64,000 nt of DNA. Origin: an uncultured Nitrospiraceae bacterium (GTDB lineage: Bacteria; Hydrogenedentota; Hydrogenedentia; Hydrogenedentales; SLHB01). Location of the stretch: the NCBI GenBank assembly GCA_964402555.1, contig CAYOCT010000024.1, positions 27,314-91,313 of the forward strand, written 5' to 3'. A model generated the notes under the pieces. That model saw only the letters and a list, made by a program, of their open reading frames with translations, ran no database searches and was not told the DNA's origin. This document shows, piece after piece, positions 17,529 through 27,181 of the stretch (its first letter is position 1; each line of letters begins with the position of its first letter). The translations under genes and the position numbers were made by a program.

Positions 17529-18929
17529 TCAATTCGTCTTTGTGAAGTAGTCCAGTTCCACTGCCGCCGAATGGGGATGATCGGAAGTCAGCGGCAAGGT
17601 ATCGCCAAACTGGCGTTGCTGTTCCGTCATCAGCTTCAACAGCTTCTTGATGCGGCCAGCCTGCTTGGGATCGCCTGCAAGATCGTGCGTCTCGTACGGG
17701 TCCGCTTCGAGATCGAAGAATTGATTCTTGTCGATCTGCGGGTAGCGGATCAGCTTCCACTTCCCGCGGCGGATGGCGCGCTGCACGTCGCGATAGGCGA
17801 GAAGAATCGTATCGCGCACGGCATCCCGCGTGCCATGAAGGACCGGGGCTAAGCTCTTGCCTTCGACTCCGTCAGGAATTGGCGCACCGACCAGATCGCA
17901 CACGGTTGGGAAGACGTCGAACAGGTACGCAAATGCATCGGCTCGCCGATCCTTGGGAATGCCCGGCCCGGCAATGATCAACGGCACACCCATCGAGTGT
18001 TCGTACAGATTCTGTTTGCCCATCAACCCGTGGCTGCCGATGGCGATTCCTTGATCGGACGAGAAGACGATAATCGTGTTCTCGTAATCCCCGAGGTCTC
18101 TGAGCGTCTGAAAGATGCGCCCGAATTGTTCGTCCATGCACGTGATGTCGGCGTAGTAGTCGCGCAGATGTTCGCGGATCGCGGAGGCCGTCCTTGGCCA
18201 CGGAGCAAGCTTTTCGTCTCGAATGAGGAGTTCGCCGTTGTCGAACGGATGATACGGAAGGAAGTTCGGCGGGAGCGGAATCGCATCGGGGTCGTAGCGT
18301 TCCAGGAATTCCTTTGGAGCGATGCGCGGGTCGTGCGGCTCGGGCCCGCTGAGATACATGAAGAACGGTTTCGATCGGTCGCGATTCCGCAAGAACTCGA
18401 TTGCCCCGTCCGCGACCACCTCGCCCGGAACGCCCTCCTTGCGCACCTGTTCGTCGGCGTTCGCGTTCTCGGGGACTTGCGTACGTTTGGGACGCACGTA
18501 GAGGTTCTCGGCGAACTGCTTTTCGACCTCCGTGTCCGTGTTGCCCATCTTGCCCAGGTGATACGTGAGATAACCCGCCTCATTCATTGATTTGGCGAAA
18601 TTGGGGAATCCTTTCGGAAGGTCGCGCACGTGAAACCAGGAACGGCCGCGTAGCGTCATCATGCGGCTGGGCAGGCAGACCGCGGCGCTGAACCCGCCCA
18701 TGCAATACGCGTTCGTGAACACGACGCCTTCACGCGCAAGCGCATCGAGGTTCGGCGTCTGGATGTGCGGATTGCCGAGCGCAGCAACGGTGTCTTCGCG
18801 CTGATCGTCGGTAAAAATGAACAGCACATTCGGACGCGTTGCGGCGGCCTTGTCCACGTGCGCCACTCCGGACACGCCCAATGCAGCCGCGCCGGCGCCC
18901 ACCGTTTTCAGAAAGCTTCTCCGATCCAT
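17529..18929 (-). CDS. sulfatase (arylsulfatase family) with Tat signal
   Basis: MDRRSFLKTVGAGAAALG, then NVLFIFTDDQ and the formylglycine motif CLPSR. Start chosen at 18929, 14 bp after the upstream FG-GAP gene. Confidence 0.85.
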   Translation of the reverse strand: MDRRSFLKTVGAGAAALGVSGVAHVDKAAATRPNVLFIFTDDQREDTVAALGNPHIQTPNLDALAREGVVFTNAYCMGGFSAAVCLPSRMMTLRGRSWFHVRDLPKGFPNFAKSMNEAGYLTYHLGKMGNTDTEVEKQFAENLYVRPKRTQVPENANADEQVRKEGVPGEVVADGAIEFLRNRDRSKPFFMYLSGPEPHDPRIAPKEFLERYDPDAIPLPPNFLPYHPFDNGELLIRDEKLAPWPRTASAIREHLRDYYADITCMDEQFGRIFQTLRDLGDYENTIIVFSSDQGIAIGSHGLMGKQNLYEHSMGVPLIIAGPGIPKDRRADAFAYLFDVFPTVCDLVGAPIPDGVEGKSLAPVLHGTRDAVRDTILLAYRDVQRAIRRGKWKLIRYPQIDKNQFFDLEADPYETHDLAGDPKQAGRIKKLLKLMTEQQRQFGDTLPLTSDHPHSAAVELDYFTKTN

Positions 18930-18943
18930 GCGCTCGTCCTCCG

Positions 18944-20857
18944 TCAGTAGGGGTTCTTCATGTAGTAGAAGAAACCGTCTTCCGCGCCGATAAGCACGCC
19001 GGGTTTGCCGCTCTTGTCCCAGTGCACCGCCGTCGGACACGGCGTATGACCGGCAAGGCGGCGCGTGTCGATTGGTCCCTTGTTCTCGAACGCATTCGGG
19101 CGCTCGGGCGTGCTTACGTTGCGAAGGAAGTCCATGTTGAGGCCGTCGATAAGGATGTCTGTCTTCCCGTCGCCCTCCCAATCGGTCATCGTGAACTGTC
19201 TGCGGCCGCTCTTCCCCGCGCGCTTGGGATTCAACTGCAGCGGCTTTCCGGTCTCGTCGGTAAAGATGCGTTGCGGAGGCATCAGCACAGGCTTATCGCC
19301 TTGCATGCGCCGCTCGAAGAACGCGAGATAGCCCTCCGTGTCGAGCATGACAAGGTCGACCAGCCCATCGTGGTTCCAGTCAATCGTCATCGGGCGCGTC
19401 CGCCATTGCGTCACGAGCGCCTTGCCTTCCGGCGTCCACCAGAACCACTCGGGCTTCGGCGTTGGGCCATCCCACTCGACCTCGACCGGTTGCGCCGCGG
19501 CAAGCTTCGGGTGGCCCTTCTCCCCCACGTTTCGGTACCAAAGCACCTTGCCCCAGATGTCGTTGATCACAATGTCGAGTAGGCCGTCGCGATCCCAGTC
19601 GGCGACGCTCGGCACGGTGTAACCCCACTTCGCTTCGCATGGGCCTTGAATCGATCCGTTCGGCCCGGCCTGAATCCGTATGACCTTGCCATCTGCGTCA
19701 AGTCGCACCGGCGCGGCCCATGATGGCGGGTCGCCCCCGTCGAGATTCTCGACAAAGCTCAGGAATCCCGCCGTGTCGCCGACGATAAGGTCTTCGTCGC
19801 CGTCGCCATCCCAGTCGACCGAGTACGGCGTCGACAACGCGCCCACCTTCAGGGCGTCGGCTTCCTGTTGAAAGAAGACCGGCGGCAAGAGGTCAGGCAT
19901 TCCGTTCGCAACGATCCCTGTGTTTTCGACCAAGGCCACGCGGCCATCCTCTTGCCCTACGATCAGGTCCGTGTCCCCGTCGCCGTCCCAGTCCATCGCC
20001 GAGATCACGATCATCTCGAGTTCCATGCGAATCTCGTGGCCGTCGTGGACGAGGTACCGGCCCGCCGCATAGCGCGGCGCTGTTCGAGTGCCCACGTTCT
20101 CGAAGTACGTGATGCGGTCGAGAAACTCGCCGCAGACCAAATCTAGATCGCCGTCGCCATCGGCGTCGAAGAAGTTCGGCGAAGGCGTGCCGTAGACGTC
20201 GATCGGCTTGCCATCCGCGAGCACGGTCACCGCCTCGGCGTAGACCGGCTTCAATTCCGTTCCCGTGTTGCGCATGAAGTAGACATGCCCATGCAGCGGC
20301 CCGTGCGTCCACTCGCCTTTCGCGTTGTACGCATCGTCCCACCCGTATTCGCGCCAGTCGTCCGCGCCGATGATGAGGTCGGTGACGTCGTCGCCGTCGT
20401 AATCGCACAGCGACCACTGGTCCGCGCGTTGCGAGTGAAACGTCTCTTTGTACGGGATGGTCTCCGGCTTGGCAAACGCGGTGTTGCGGAAGTCCGGATA
20501 TCGTTTGCCGGGATTCAGCACCTGGCACGCGCCGCGCACGAACGAGACCGTCACATTCTTCAACCCTTCATCGAGGCGCTTGGCCGGTCTGAACACGGGG
20601 AGCTTTACCTTGCCCGACACGTTCTCGAAGAGGTACACGCCGTTGTACGGCACATCGGCGGTACAGACCAGCAGATCGTTGTCACCATCGCCGTCGTAGT
20701 CCATCGGCAACGGCTGCGCCCACAGGCCCGCGCCCAAGTCCACCACCAACCCCGGATGATTGTATGGAAGGCGGTTTAGACGTGGCGCTTCTTCGGCACA
20801 AGCAAGGAGCGAAGTCAGCGAAAGCGCTATTGGCCACACAACCATAATCTTCGGCAT
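18944..20857 (-). CDS. FG-GAP repeat (integrin-alpha-like beta-propeller) protein, secreted
   Basis: Signal peptide and repeated DxDGDGxxDL calcium-binding FG-GAP motifs (DYDGDGDNDLLV, DADGDGDLDLV, DWDGDGDTDLIVG, DWDGDGDEDLIVG, DWNHDGLVDLV, DWEGDGKTDIL). Confidence 0.75.
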   Translation of the reverse strand: MPKIMVVWPIALSLTSLLACAEEAPRLNRLPYNHPGLVVDLGAGLWAQPLPMDYDGDGDNDLLVCTADVPYNGVYLFENVSGKVKLPVFRPAKRLDEGLKNVTVSFVRGACQVLNPGKRYPDFRNTAFAKPETIPYKETFHSQRADQWSLCDYDGDDVTDLIIGADDWREYGWDDAYNAKGEWTHGPLHGHVYFMRNTGTELKPVYAEAVTVLADGKPIDVYGTPSPNFFDADGDGDLDLVCGEFLDRITYFENVGTRTAPRYAAGRYLVHDGHEIRMELEMIVISAMDWDGDGDTDLIVGQEDGRVALVENTGIVANGMPDLLPPVFFQQEADALKVGALSTPYSVDWDGDGDEDLIVGDTAGFLSFVENLDGGDPPSWAAPVRLDADGKVIRIQAGPNGSIQGPCEAKWGYTVPSVADWDRDGLLDIVINDIWGKVLWYRNVGEKGHPKLAAAQPVEVEWDGPTPKPEWFWWTPEGKALVTQWRTRPMTIDWNHDGLVDLVMLDTEGYLAFFERRMQGDKPVLMPPQRIFTDETGKPLQLNPKRAGKSGRRQFTMTDWEGDGKTDILIDGLNMDFLRNVSTPERPNAFENKGPIDTRRLAGHTPCPTAVHWDKSGKPGVLIGAEDGFFYYMKNPY

Positions 20858-20905
20858 CGGATTTCTGAGTTCCTTCCCTCTTTTCGGGATCTATCCTTCG
20901 ACCAT

Positions 20906-21000
20906 CCTAGCTGTCATTCTGAGCGAAGCGAAGAATCTCTCTCGCTCGGAACTCGTGCCTGGAGCGAGATTCTTCGCTTCGCTCAGAATGACAGCTAGGA
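20906..21000. repeat. 95-bp near-perfect palindrome (about 38-bp arms)
   Basis: Left arm tcctagctgtcattctgagcgaagcgaagaatctc pairs with right arm gagattcttcgcttcgctcagaatgacagctagga. The palindrome sits between two same-strand genes, so it is a likely terminator or REP-like element. Confidence 0.6.
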
Positions 21001-21045
21001 CGAATCACGACCAACTAATCGCAAAAGGCGCATTGCGCAAGCCGT

Positions 21046-22947
21046 TCACTTCGTCCAATCGAAACGCATCAACGTGGCGCGGTCGCCGAAGTAGATGCCC
21101 TTGGCATCCATCGCGAATCCATATTTGATCTCGCCGTCATACTCCGCGAGTGTCGTCACGTCAAACGTGGCGGGGTCCAGCCGGAACACGCTCTTCCTTG
21201 TCAGCCCGTACAGTTTGCCGTCTTGCCAGAGGCCCAGGGAACATTCGAGTATTCCATCGACACCCGCGTCGCCTTTGTGAATGTATTGCTTGCTGTCGAC
21301 ATCGTAGACAAACAACCGGTTGCCACCCGCGATGCCGAAGATCCGGCGGCCTACGAGCACCAGGCTGCGAATGTCTTGAACCTTGGGAAATGGCACGTCT
21401 TCGAGCACGAGCCCCTTCTTCTTCGAGTCGAACGCGAAGAACTTCGCCTCCGGTTCGATCGGGTCCGTGCCGCCGCCCCCCGAGGTGCTCGAACCGCCAT
21501 AGACAAGGCCGGTCGTCTCGTCGTAGACGAGCGAGACGATCGCCTGGTTCTTGATGAGGTGATGGTAGTTCTCGATAAGCCGATCCTGCTCCGGGTCCCA
21601 CACGCCGAGTGCGCCGCCGTGCTTGCCGTATTCGGGATAGCTGCCGATGTAGATCTTCTCGCCCGGCCCGTGGATCATCGCGCGCGGACGTAGATGGCCG
21701 GGTCCTAGCGGGCCGAACCCGCGCGGGTTCTTGCCGGCTTCGCGGCCGTAGTCCCACGGTTTCGTGGGATCCCACTTCGAGAGGAACGACCCCGGATACG
21801 CGCAGATGTACAACGACCCGTGGTGGTCGAGCATCGAATAGATTTCGCCGCCGACTTCGCAGGGATTGCCCGGATTCTCGGAGGTACCCGTCGCCGGGTC
21901 GTACCAGAACAACTGGCACGGTATCCACGTGCTGCCGTAGATGCGCCCCAGGGGACCGTTCGCCACCATGAACACTCCCGCGCCCGCGCCCTTGTAGTCG
22001 AACTTCCGTGCCTCCTTCTTGCCGTCGGGCGAGGTGATATCGTACGTGCCTTCGAGCGTCGCATTGCCGATTACGCGGCCGTCGCGCAGTGTAAGACGCG
22101 ACGCCGCATCCGCGGGATTGGGGCACTCTTCCACCGTGTCGCCTTTCACCAGCAGCACCACGTTTTCCGGACGCGTCATCTCGCCGTTCTGCGGGTCGCC
22201 GTTGAGCACGGTGAGTTTCGTCGCCTGGATATAGACATTGCCGTCGACGCCCGCATAGACCGTGGCCACGGTCTGCGAAGGGTCTTTCCTGTATTCGTCC
22301 GGCAAAACCGATTTATGCTCGCCGGTCTTGGGATCGTACGCAACGACGTTTGCGCGCCCGAACCCCACGCCGAGGTAGATGCGCCCGTCCGGTCCGGTGC
22401 AAATGCTGCGCGTGTATTTCTGCGACTCGTCCATGACCCCCAGGTCCGCCATCTCGCCCGACTTCGGCTCGAAGGAGACCAGCTTCGCGTTCGGGAACGT
22501 GCATCCGTAGATCTTGCCGTCCAACCCATTCGTGAACATCCACAAGTAGGTCTCCGTAGCCGAAGGCCTGCCTACGACTTGGATCTGTTTCGCGGGATGT
22601 TTGGGATCGAAGACGAGTATCCGTCCACTGTCTTGCGGGTCCGGTCCCTCGTGCGTGCCAAGGTAGATCTTGTTATCCGGGCCAACGATGAAACCCCACG
22701 CGCCGGTGCCTGCGGGCGACTGGAACTGTTCCGACTTGCCCGAATCCGGGTCGACGGAAACGAGAAACAGCTTTCCGCCATCCTGCCGGAAATTGAAATA
22801 GATGCGCTCCGACCCGTCGTCAGGCCCCGGCCCCACAATGACCCCCATCAGGCCCGCCCGCGTCACGGGCACGCCTAGCGACTCGAACGGCGTCTTCGCG
22901 GCGCTCTGCGCCGCCAACACGATCAGGGAAACGGATGCGATTAACAT
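21046..22947 (-). CDS. secreted beta-propeller repeat protein, unknown function
   Basis: 633 aa with a signal peptide and recurring YxGxxxGxIY / DPxTG beta-strand repeats. Confidence 0.55.
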   Translation of the reverse strand: MLIASVSLIVLAAQSAAKTPFESLGVPVTRAGLMGVIVGPGPDDGSERIYFNFRQDGGKLFLVSVDPDSGKSEQFQSPAGTGAWGFIVGPDNKIYLGTHEGPDPQDSGRILVFDPKHPAKQIQVVGRPSATETYLWMFTNGLDGKIYGCTFPNAKLVSFEPKSGEMADLGVMDESQKYTRSICTGPDGRIYLGVGFGRANVVAYDPKTGEHKSVLPDEYRKDPSQTVATVYAGVDGNVYIQATKLTVLNGDPQNGEMTRPENVVLLVKGDTVEECPNPADAASRLTLRDGRVIGNATLEGTYDITSPDGKKEARKFDYKGAGAGVFMVANGPLGRIYGSTWIPCQLFWYDPATGTSENPGNPCEVGGEIYSMLDHHGSLYICAYPGSFLSKWDPTKPWDYGREAGKNPRGFGPLGPGHLRPRAMIHGPGEKIYIGSYPEYGKHGGALGVWDPEQDRLIENYHHLIKNQAIVSLVYDETTGLVYGGSSTSGGGGTDPIEPEAKFFAFDSKKKGLVLEDVPFPKVQDIRSLVLVGRRIFGIAGGNRLFVYDVDSKQYIHKGDAGVDGILECSLGLWQDGKLYGLTRKSVFRLDPATFDVTTLAEYDGEIKYGFAMDAKGIYFGDRATLMRFDWTK

Positions 22948-22987
22948 AGACTACTCCTCGATGTGGCGCGCAATCCGGTGGCCGCGT

Positions 22988-23335
22988 TTACGCGTCCGGC
23001 GTTGGCAAGAGCGACTCAATCTTGGCAAGTACTTTGGGAACACTTTCGGTCGCGGTCGCCCACACGATATCCAGGTTCACATTCTGATACCCGTGAATCA
23101 AACGGTCGCGCATGCGCGCCATGGGCGCCCACGGAATGTCGAAGTGTTGCTCGCGAAATAACTGAGGAAGGCGCTTTGCCGCTTCACCCAAGATGATGAT
23201 CTCATAAATGATGGCCGCCTGCGTGCGCCTGTCCGCCAGAAACTCCTCTTTGGCCATCCCCCGCGTGAACCGCACGATATTGCGCGCGGCGCAAGACATG
23301 TCAATCATCACCGACTTTTCGTCAGGAGACTGCAT
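22988..23335 (-). CDS. hepT: HepT-like (DUF86, HEPN) toxin
   Basis: RDRLIHGY is the Rx4-6H HEPN motif. The start at 23335 aligns with typical HepT N-termini. It overlaps the upstream mnt by 14 bp. Confidence 0.8.
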   Translation of the reverse strand: MQSPDEKSVMIDMSCAARNIVRFTRGMAKEEFLADRRTQAAIIYEIIILGEAAKRLPQLFREQHFDIPWAPMARMRDRLIHGYQNVNLDIVWATATESVPKVLAKIESLLPTPDA

Positions 23336-23657
23336 AGAGTACTTCCGCGGACTCCAGGATGGCCTTGCGACGAATCCAATTGGGATTCTGCTCGACCGCG
23401 CCTCGCTCGACAAGATCCACCTTGCGCCCCAGCGCCTCCTCCAATTCCATTTCCATCGAGGCTTCGTCCAACAGCGTCCAGTGCGCGCCGCGCGCGAATG
23501 TCACGAGAACATCGATATCGCTCTCCGGCCCGAAGTCCTCGCGCAGTACCGAACCGAACAGCGAGAACTCACGGACGTTCCAGCGGCGGCAGAACGTGTC
23601 AATCCATTCGTCCGTCAAAGCTATGGCTTGTCTTTTCATATGCGGCCTCGCTTGCAC
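23322..23657 (-). CDS. mnt: MNT-type nucleotidyltransferase antitoxin
   Basis: Carries the nucleotidyltransferase motif GSVLREDFGPESDIDVLV. An alternative start is MKRQ at 23639. Confidence 0.8.
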   Translation of the reverse strand: MQARPHMKRQAIALTDEWIDTFCRRWNVREFSLFGSVLREDFGPESDIDVLVTFARGAHWTLLDEASMEMELEEALGRKVDLVERGAVEQNPNWIRRKAILESAEVLYAVS

Positions 23658-23696
23658 GAGCTTTACTATAAACTACAATGGACGGCAAATCGAGGA

Positions 23697-24671
23697 TCAC
23701 GCCCACTCTAGGATCATCTTGATGGCTTCGGATTGCCGGTTACGCACTACGGCCATACCTTCCTCGAAACGTTCGGCCGGGAATGTGTGAGTAACAAGAC
23801 TACCGAGCGGGAGGCATCCCGAAGTTGCCAAGGCTACCGCTTCGGGCCACGCGCCCGCGCTGGCGTTGCTTCCGATCAGTTCGAGTTCGCGGTGCAGCAA
23901 GTCCACCCAGCGGAATCCCGCGCAGGCCTTGCCGTAATCGCCGAGGACAAGTACCTTGCCTTCGCGCGCAGCGAGCGCCATGGCGGCGCCCATCGCGTCA
24001 TCCGATCCGGTTGCCTCGACCACCACGGGGAACTCCCGATCGCATTCCGCTCGCAAAGCTTCGGCCAGACCGCCTTTCAACGCATGATAGTCTATGGTCC
24101 GCGCGACACCCAACGAACGCGCCAACGCGAGCCGTCGCGAACGCCCGCCCACGAGCGTGACGTCACCTACACCGGCGCGAATTGATAGCATCGCGAAGAT
24201 CAACCCAATGGGGCCGTCACCCAGAATTATCACTGGCGACTCGCCTTGATATCGAAGTCGGCGGAATCCGCGGACGCATACCGCGAGCGGCTCGATCAGG
24301 GCCGCGGTCGAGAAGGAGAAATCGTCAGGCAACACTTGGACGTTCAAGGCTTCGCTCAGCACATGCTCGGCATACCCGCCCGGATGCTCAAACCCGACCT
24401 CTCCGCCATCGCTTAACACATTCTCCGCGACGCATCGCTTGCCGACGAGCGCGGCATCCACGCCCTCCCCCACGGTGTCAATCGTGCCGGACCATTCGTG
24501 GCCCGGAATCGCGGGAAAACCGGTGCGGTCCCATCCGGCGATCATTTCGAGATCGGTCGCGCAGATGCCGCACGCGCCGGTACGAATGCGGACCTGGCCC
24601 GGACCCGGTTCCGGCGTCGGCCACTCGAGCCACTCGAGCTTGCCTGGCCCGGTATTCACGATCGCCCTCAT
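23697..24671 (-). CDS. zinc-dependent alcohol/polyol dehydrogenase (MDR family)
   Basis: Has the catalytic-Zn region GACGICATDLEMIAG...GHEWSGTI and a GDGPIGL Rossmann fold. 4-bp overlap with the upstream paralog. Confidence 0.85.
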   Translation of the reverse strand: MRAIVNTGPGKLEWLEWPTPEPGPGQVRIRTGACGICATDLEMIAGWDRTGFPAIPGHEWSGTIDTVGEGVDAALVGKRCVAENVLSDGGEVGFEHPGGYAEHVLSEALNVQVLPDDFSFSTAALIEPLAVCVRGFRRLRYQGESPVIILGDGPIGLIFAMLSIRAGVGDVTLVGGRSRRLALARSLGVARTIDYHALKGGLAEALRAECDREFPVVVEATGSDDAMGAAMALAAREGKVLVLGDYGKACAGFRWVDLLHRELELIGSNASAGAWPEAVALATSGCLPLGSLVTHTFPAERFEEGMAVVRNRQSEAIKMILEWA

Positions 24672-25711
24672 GGATGAATCATGACCTTGTTCCGTTCCGG
24701 CATAGCCATGACGTCCATGGCCTCGTGGATGCGGTCGAGCGGGAAGCGGTGCGAGACGATCTGTTCGGAGTCGACCAGCCCCGCCTCCATCAGGCGAATG
24801 GCCTTGGTCATCGCGAGCGGTGTTATGCCGAAACTGGCGTCCATACGCGCTTCGAGGAAATGCGTTAGCCCTCCATCCAACTCGAAAGTCTCATGGGTCG
24901 TGATACCGAAGACGTTCCATCGCGTGCCTCGACGGAGCAGGCCCACCATCAGCTTGACGGCCTCTATCGGCCCGGCCGCTTCGATGACGACGTCCGGGCC
25001 GCGCGGGATGGCCGCATAGATGCGATCCTTGGCGTCGCTCTCCCTGGGATTGATCGCGTGCGTCGCGCCGAGCCGCAACGCCTGCTTCAGCGCGTAATCG
25101 CTCGTGTCCACGGCAATGAGTCGTCCCGCGCCCGCTGCCTTGGCCACCATCAGACAGAGCAGCCCGATCCCGCCGACGCCGATGACGACGACATCGTCGC
25201 CGACTTGCGTTTCGCTGTACTTGACGACGCCCTTCCACGCGCCCGAAAGCGGTTCCGTCAAGGCGGCCGCGTCGAACGAAAGCGAGGGCGGCTTTGCGAA
25301 CAACGAGGTCGCCTGCGTCTTCATATATTGGGCGAACGCGCCGGGACGGACATCCGGCGGGCCATCGCCGCCGGTCGTGAAAGCATGGTCGCAATAGTGC
25401 GTATTGCCCGCGCGGCAGTGCTCGCACACGCCGCAGAAGCACGACGGCATGACGATGACCTCATCGCCGGGCTTCCAATGCGCCACGCCCGGCCCCGCTT
25501 CCGCGACGATGCCGCTCGGCTCGTGGCCGAGTATCGCGGGGAACGTCACATTCCTTCGCATGCCGGTGATGGCCTTATGGTCTGTCTGGCAGATGCCGCA
25601 GGATTGGATGGCCACGACGACCTCGCCGATCCCCGTCGCGCGCGGTACCGGGACCTGTTCGAGTTCGAGGCGGTTGAAGTCATGCAAGACGGCGGCGAGC
25701 ATGGTGACCAT
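24668..25711 (-). CDS. zinc-dependent alcohol dehydrogenase (threonine/sorbitol dehydrogenase-like, with structural Zn cysteines)
   Basis: MVTMLAAVL starts at 25711. Motifs CGICQTDH, GHEPSG, the structural-Zn site CFCGVCEHCRAGNTHYC, and GVGGIGL. Confidence 0.85.
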   Translation of the reverse strand: MVTMLAAVLHDFNRLELEQVPVPRATGIGEVVVAIQSCGICQTDHKAITGMRRNVTFPAILGHEPSGIVAEAGPGVAHWKPGDEVIVMPSCFCGVCEHCRAGNTHYCDHAFTTGGDGPPDVRPGAFAQYMKTQATSLFAKPPSLSFDAAALTEPLSGAWKGVVKYSETQVGDDVVVIGVGGIGLLCLMVAKAAGAGRLIAVDTSDYALKQALRLGATHAINPRESDAKDRIYAAIPRGPDVVIEAAGPIEAVKLMVGLLRRGTRWNVFGITTHETFELDGGLTHFLEARMDASFGITPLAMTKAIRLMEAGLVDSEQIVSHRFPLDRIHEAMDVMAMPERNKVMIHP

Positions 25712-25810
25712 AGCGCTACCTCCAGTCGGCGAACGAGGCCGAGTTCGATTCACGTCTTGCGTCCACCTCGTCCGCTGCGTACACCCCGTCCACGCACCCG
25801 CCAACGCGCG

Positions 25811-27154
25811 CTACTTCTGGTTGCGCGGACGCCACACGTGCATCGCCTCGGCCTGCTTGATCAGTTCGTCGCGGAAATCCGGATGGGCGATACTGATCAG
25901 GCGTTCGGCACGTTCCCAGAGGTTGCGCCCGCGCAGGTAGACCATGCCGAACTCAGTGCAGACGTACTGCACACAGGACCGTGGAGTGGTGACGGCGGCG
26001 CCCGGCGTAAGCGTCGGCACGATGCGCGACACGCGCACGCCGTCCTTTCGCACGTAGGTCGACGGCGAACACAGCATGGCCTTGCCGTTGCGCGAGTGCT
26101 GCGCGCCGATGATGAAATCGAGCTGTCCGCCGGTACCCGAGATGGTGCGCGTGCCCACGGATTCCGCGTTGACCTGGCCCGAGAAATCGATCTCGAGGAA
26201 GGCGTTGATGCCAACGAAGTTCGGATTGGGCCGAATGTTCGCGGGATTGTTCGCATACGTCGACGTCGTGAGGTACAGGTCGGGGCAGTCCCTTATGAAA
26301 TCGTAAAGGTCGCTGGTTCCGAAGGCAATCCCGGCGACGATCTTGCCCGGGTCGGTGACCTTATGGACGCCGGTGAGTTTGCCCGCCTTGTAGATCCGCA
26401 TGATCCCGTCGCTCAGGAACTCGGTGTGCACGCCAAGGTCCTTCAGGTCCGAGTTCGCAATCAGCGAAGCGACTGCTTCCGGCACCGCGCCGTACCCGAT
26501 TTGGAGGCACGCGCCGTTGCAGATCTCGGGAACGATGAAGTCCGCGATCTTCTGGTCTTCCGGCGTGATAGGCGGACTCGGCACGGACGGCAACGGCGGA
26601 CTGTCGCCCTCGATCACGCCCTCGACTTCCGAGATATGAATCCGCCGATCTTCGCATCCTCGGATGGGGAACAGGCTCTCGTTGATCTCCGCGAAAAAAT
26701 GCGTGCCTGCCTTTGCATCCGTCTTCGCCAGCGACGGCGAAGGGCAGAAATAGAGATACCCCTCATCATCGGGCGGGCTGGTCATGAACGACACGACGTC
26801 GGCCTTCAGGTCGCCGCGATGAAACAGAGCCTCGAAATACGAGAGCGGCGCGGGCGTGCATGTCCTGCACGCGTCCGGCACCAACTGTTCGAGCGGTCCC
26901 ATGAAGAGCGAATCCAGTACAAATGCTTTGCCCGTCGGATCCGCCTGAAACACGGCAAATGGAGGCGCCAAGCGCAACTCGCTGCGGATCGCCACGTCGT
27001 CGAGTTCTCCGGCGCGCTTTGCCAACGCCACATCCAAGTAGCGCGACGACGCGGTGAAGGCGTAGTAATCGACCACATCGTTCGACCGGACCAAGGCGGC
27101 CGCCTCTTCCGCGGAAATGCGTTTGCTGCGGTACTCGCTCATCACGTCGCCCAT
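25811..27154 (-). CDS. acetyl-CoA hydrolase/transferase family protein (4-hydroxybutyrate CoA-transferase-like)
   Basis: 447 aa with the two-domain CoA-transferase layout and the conserved GTGGQLDF segment. Confidence 0.75.
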   Translation of the reverse strand: MGDVMSEYRSKRISAEEAAALVRSNDVVDYYAFTASSRYLDVALAKRAGELDDVAIRSELRLAPPFAVFQADPTGKAFVLDSLFMGPLEQLVPDACRTCTPAPLSYFEALFHRGDLKADVVSFMTSPPDDEGYLYFCPSPSLAKTDAKAGTHFFAEINESLFPIRGCEDRRIHISEVEGVIEGDSPPLPSVPSPPITPEDQKIADFIVPEICNGACLQIGYGAVPEAVASLIANSDLKDLGVHTEFLSDGIMRIYKAGKLTGVHKVTDPGKIVAGIAFGTSDLYDFIRDCPDLYLTTSTYANNPANIRPNPNFVGINAFLEIDFSGQVNAESVGTRTISGTGGQLDFIIGAQHSRNGKAMLCSPSTYVRKDGVRVSRIVPTLTPGAAVTTPRSCVQYVCTEFGMVYLRGRNLWERAERLISIAHPDFRDELIKQAEAMHVWRPRNQK

Positions 27155-27181
27155 GCATGGATCCCCTCTTCGTTGTGTCGA

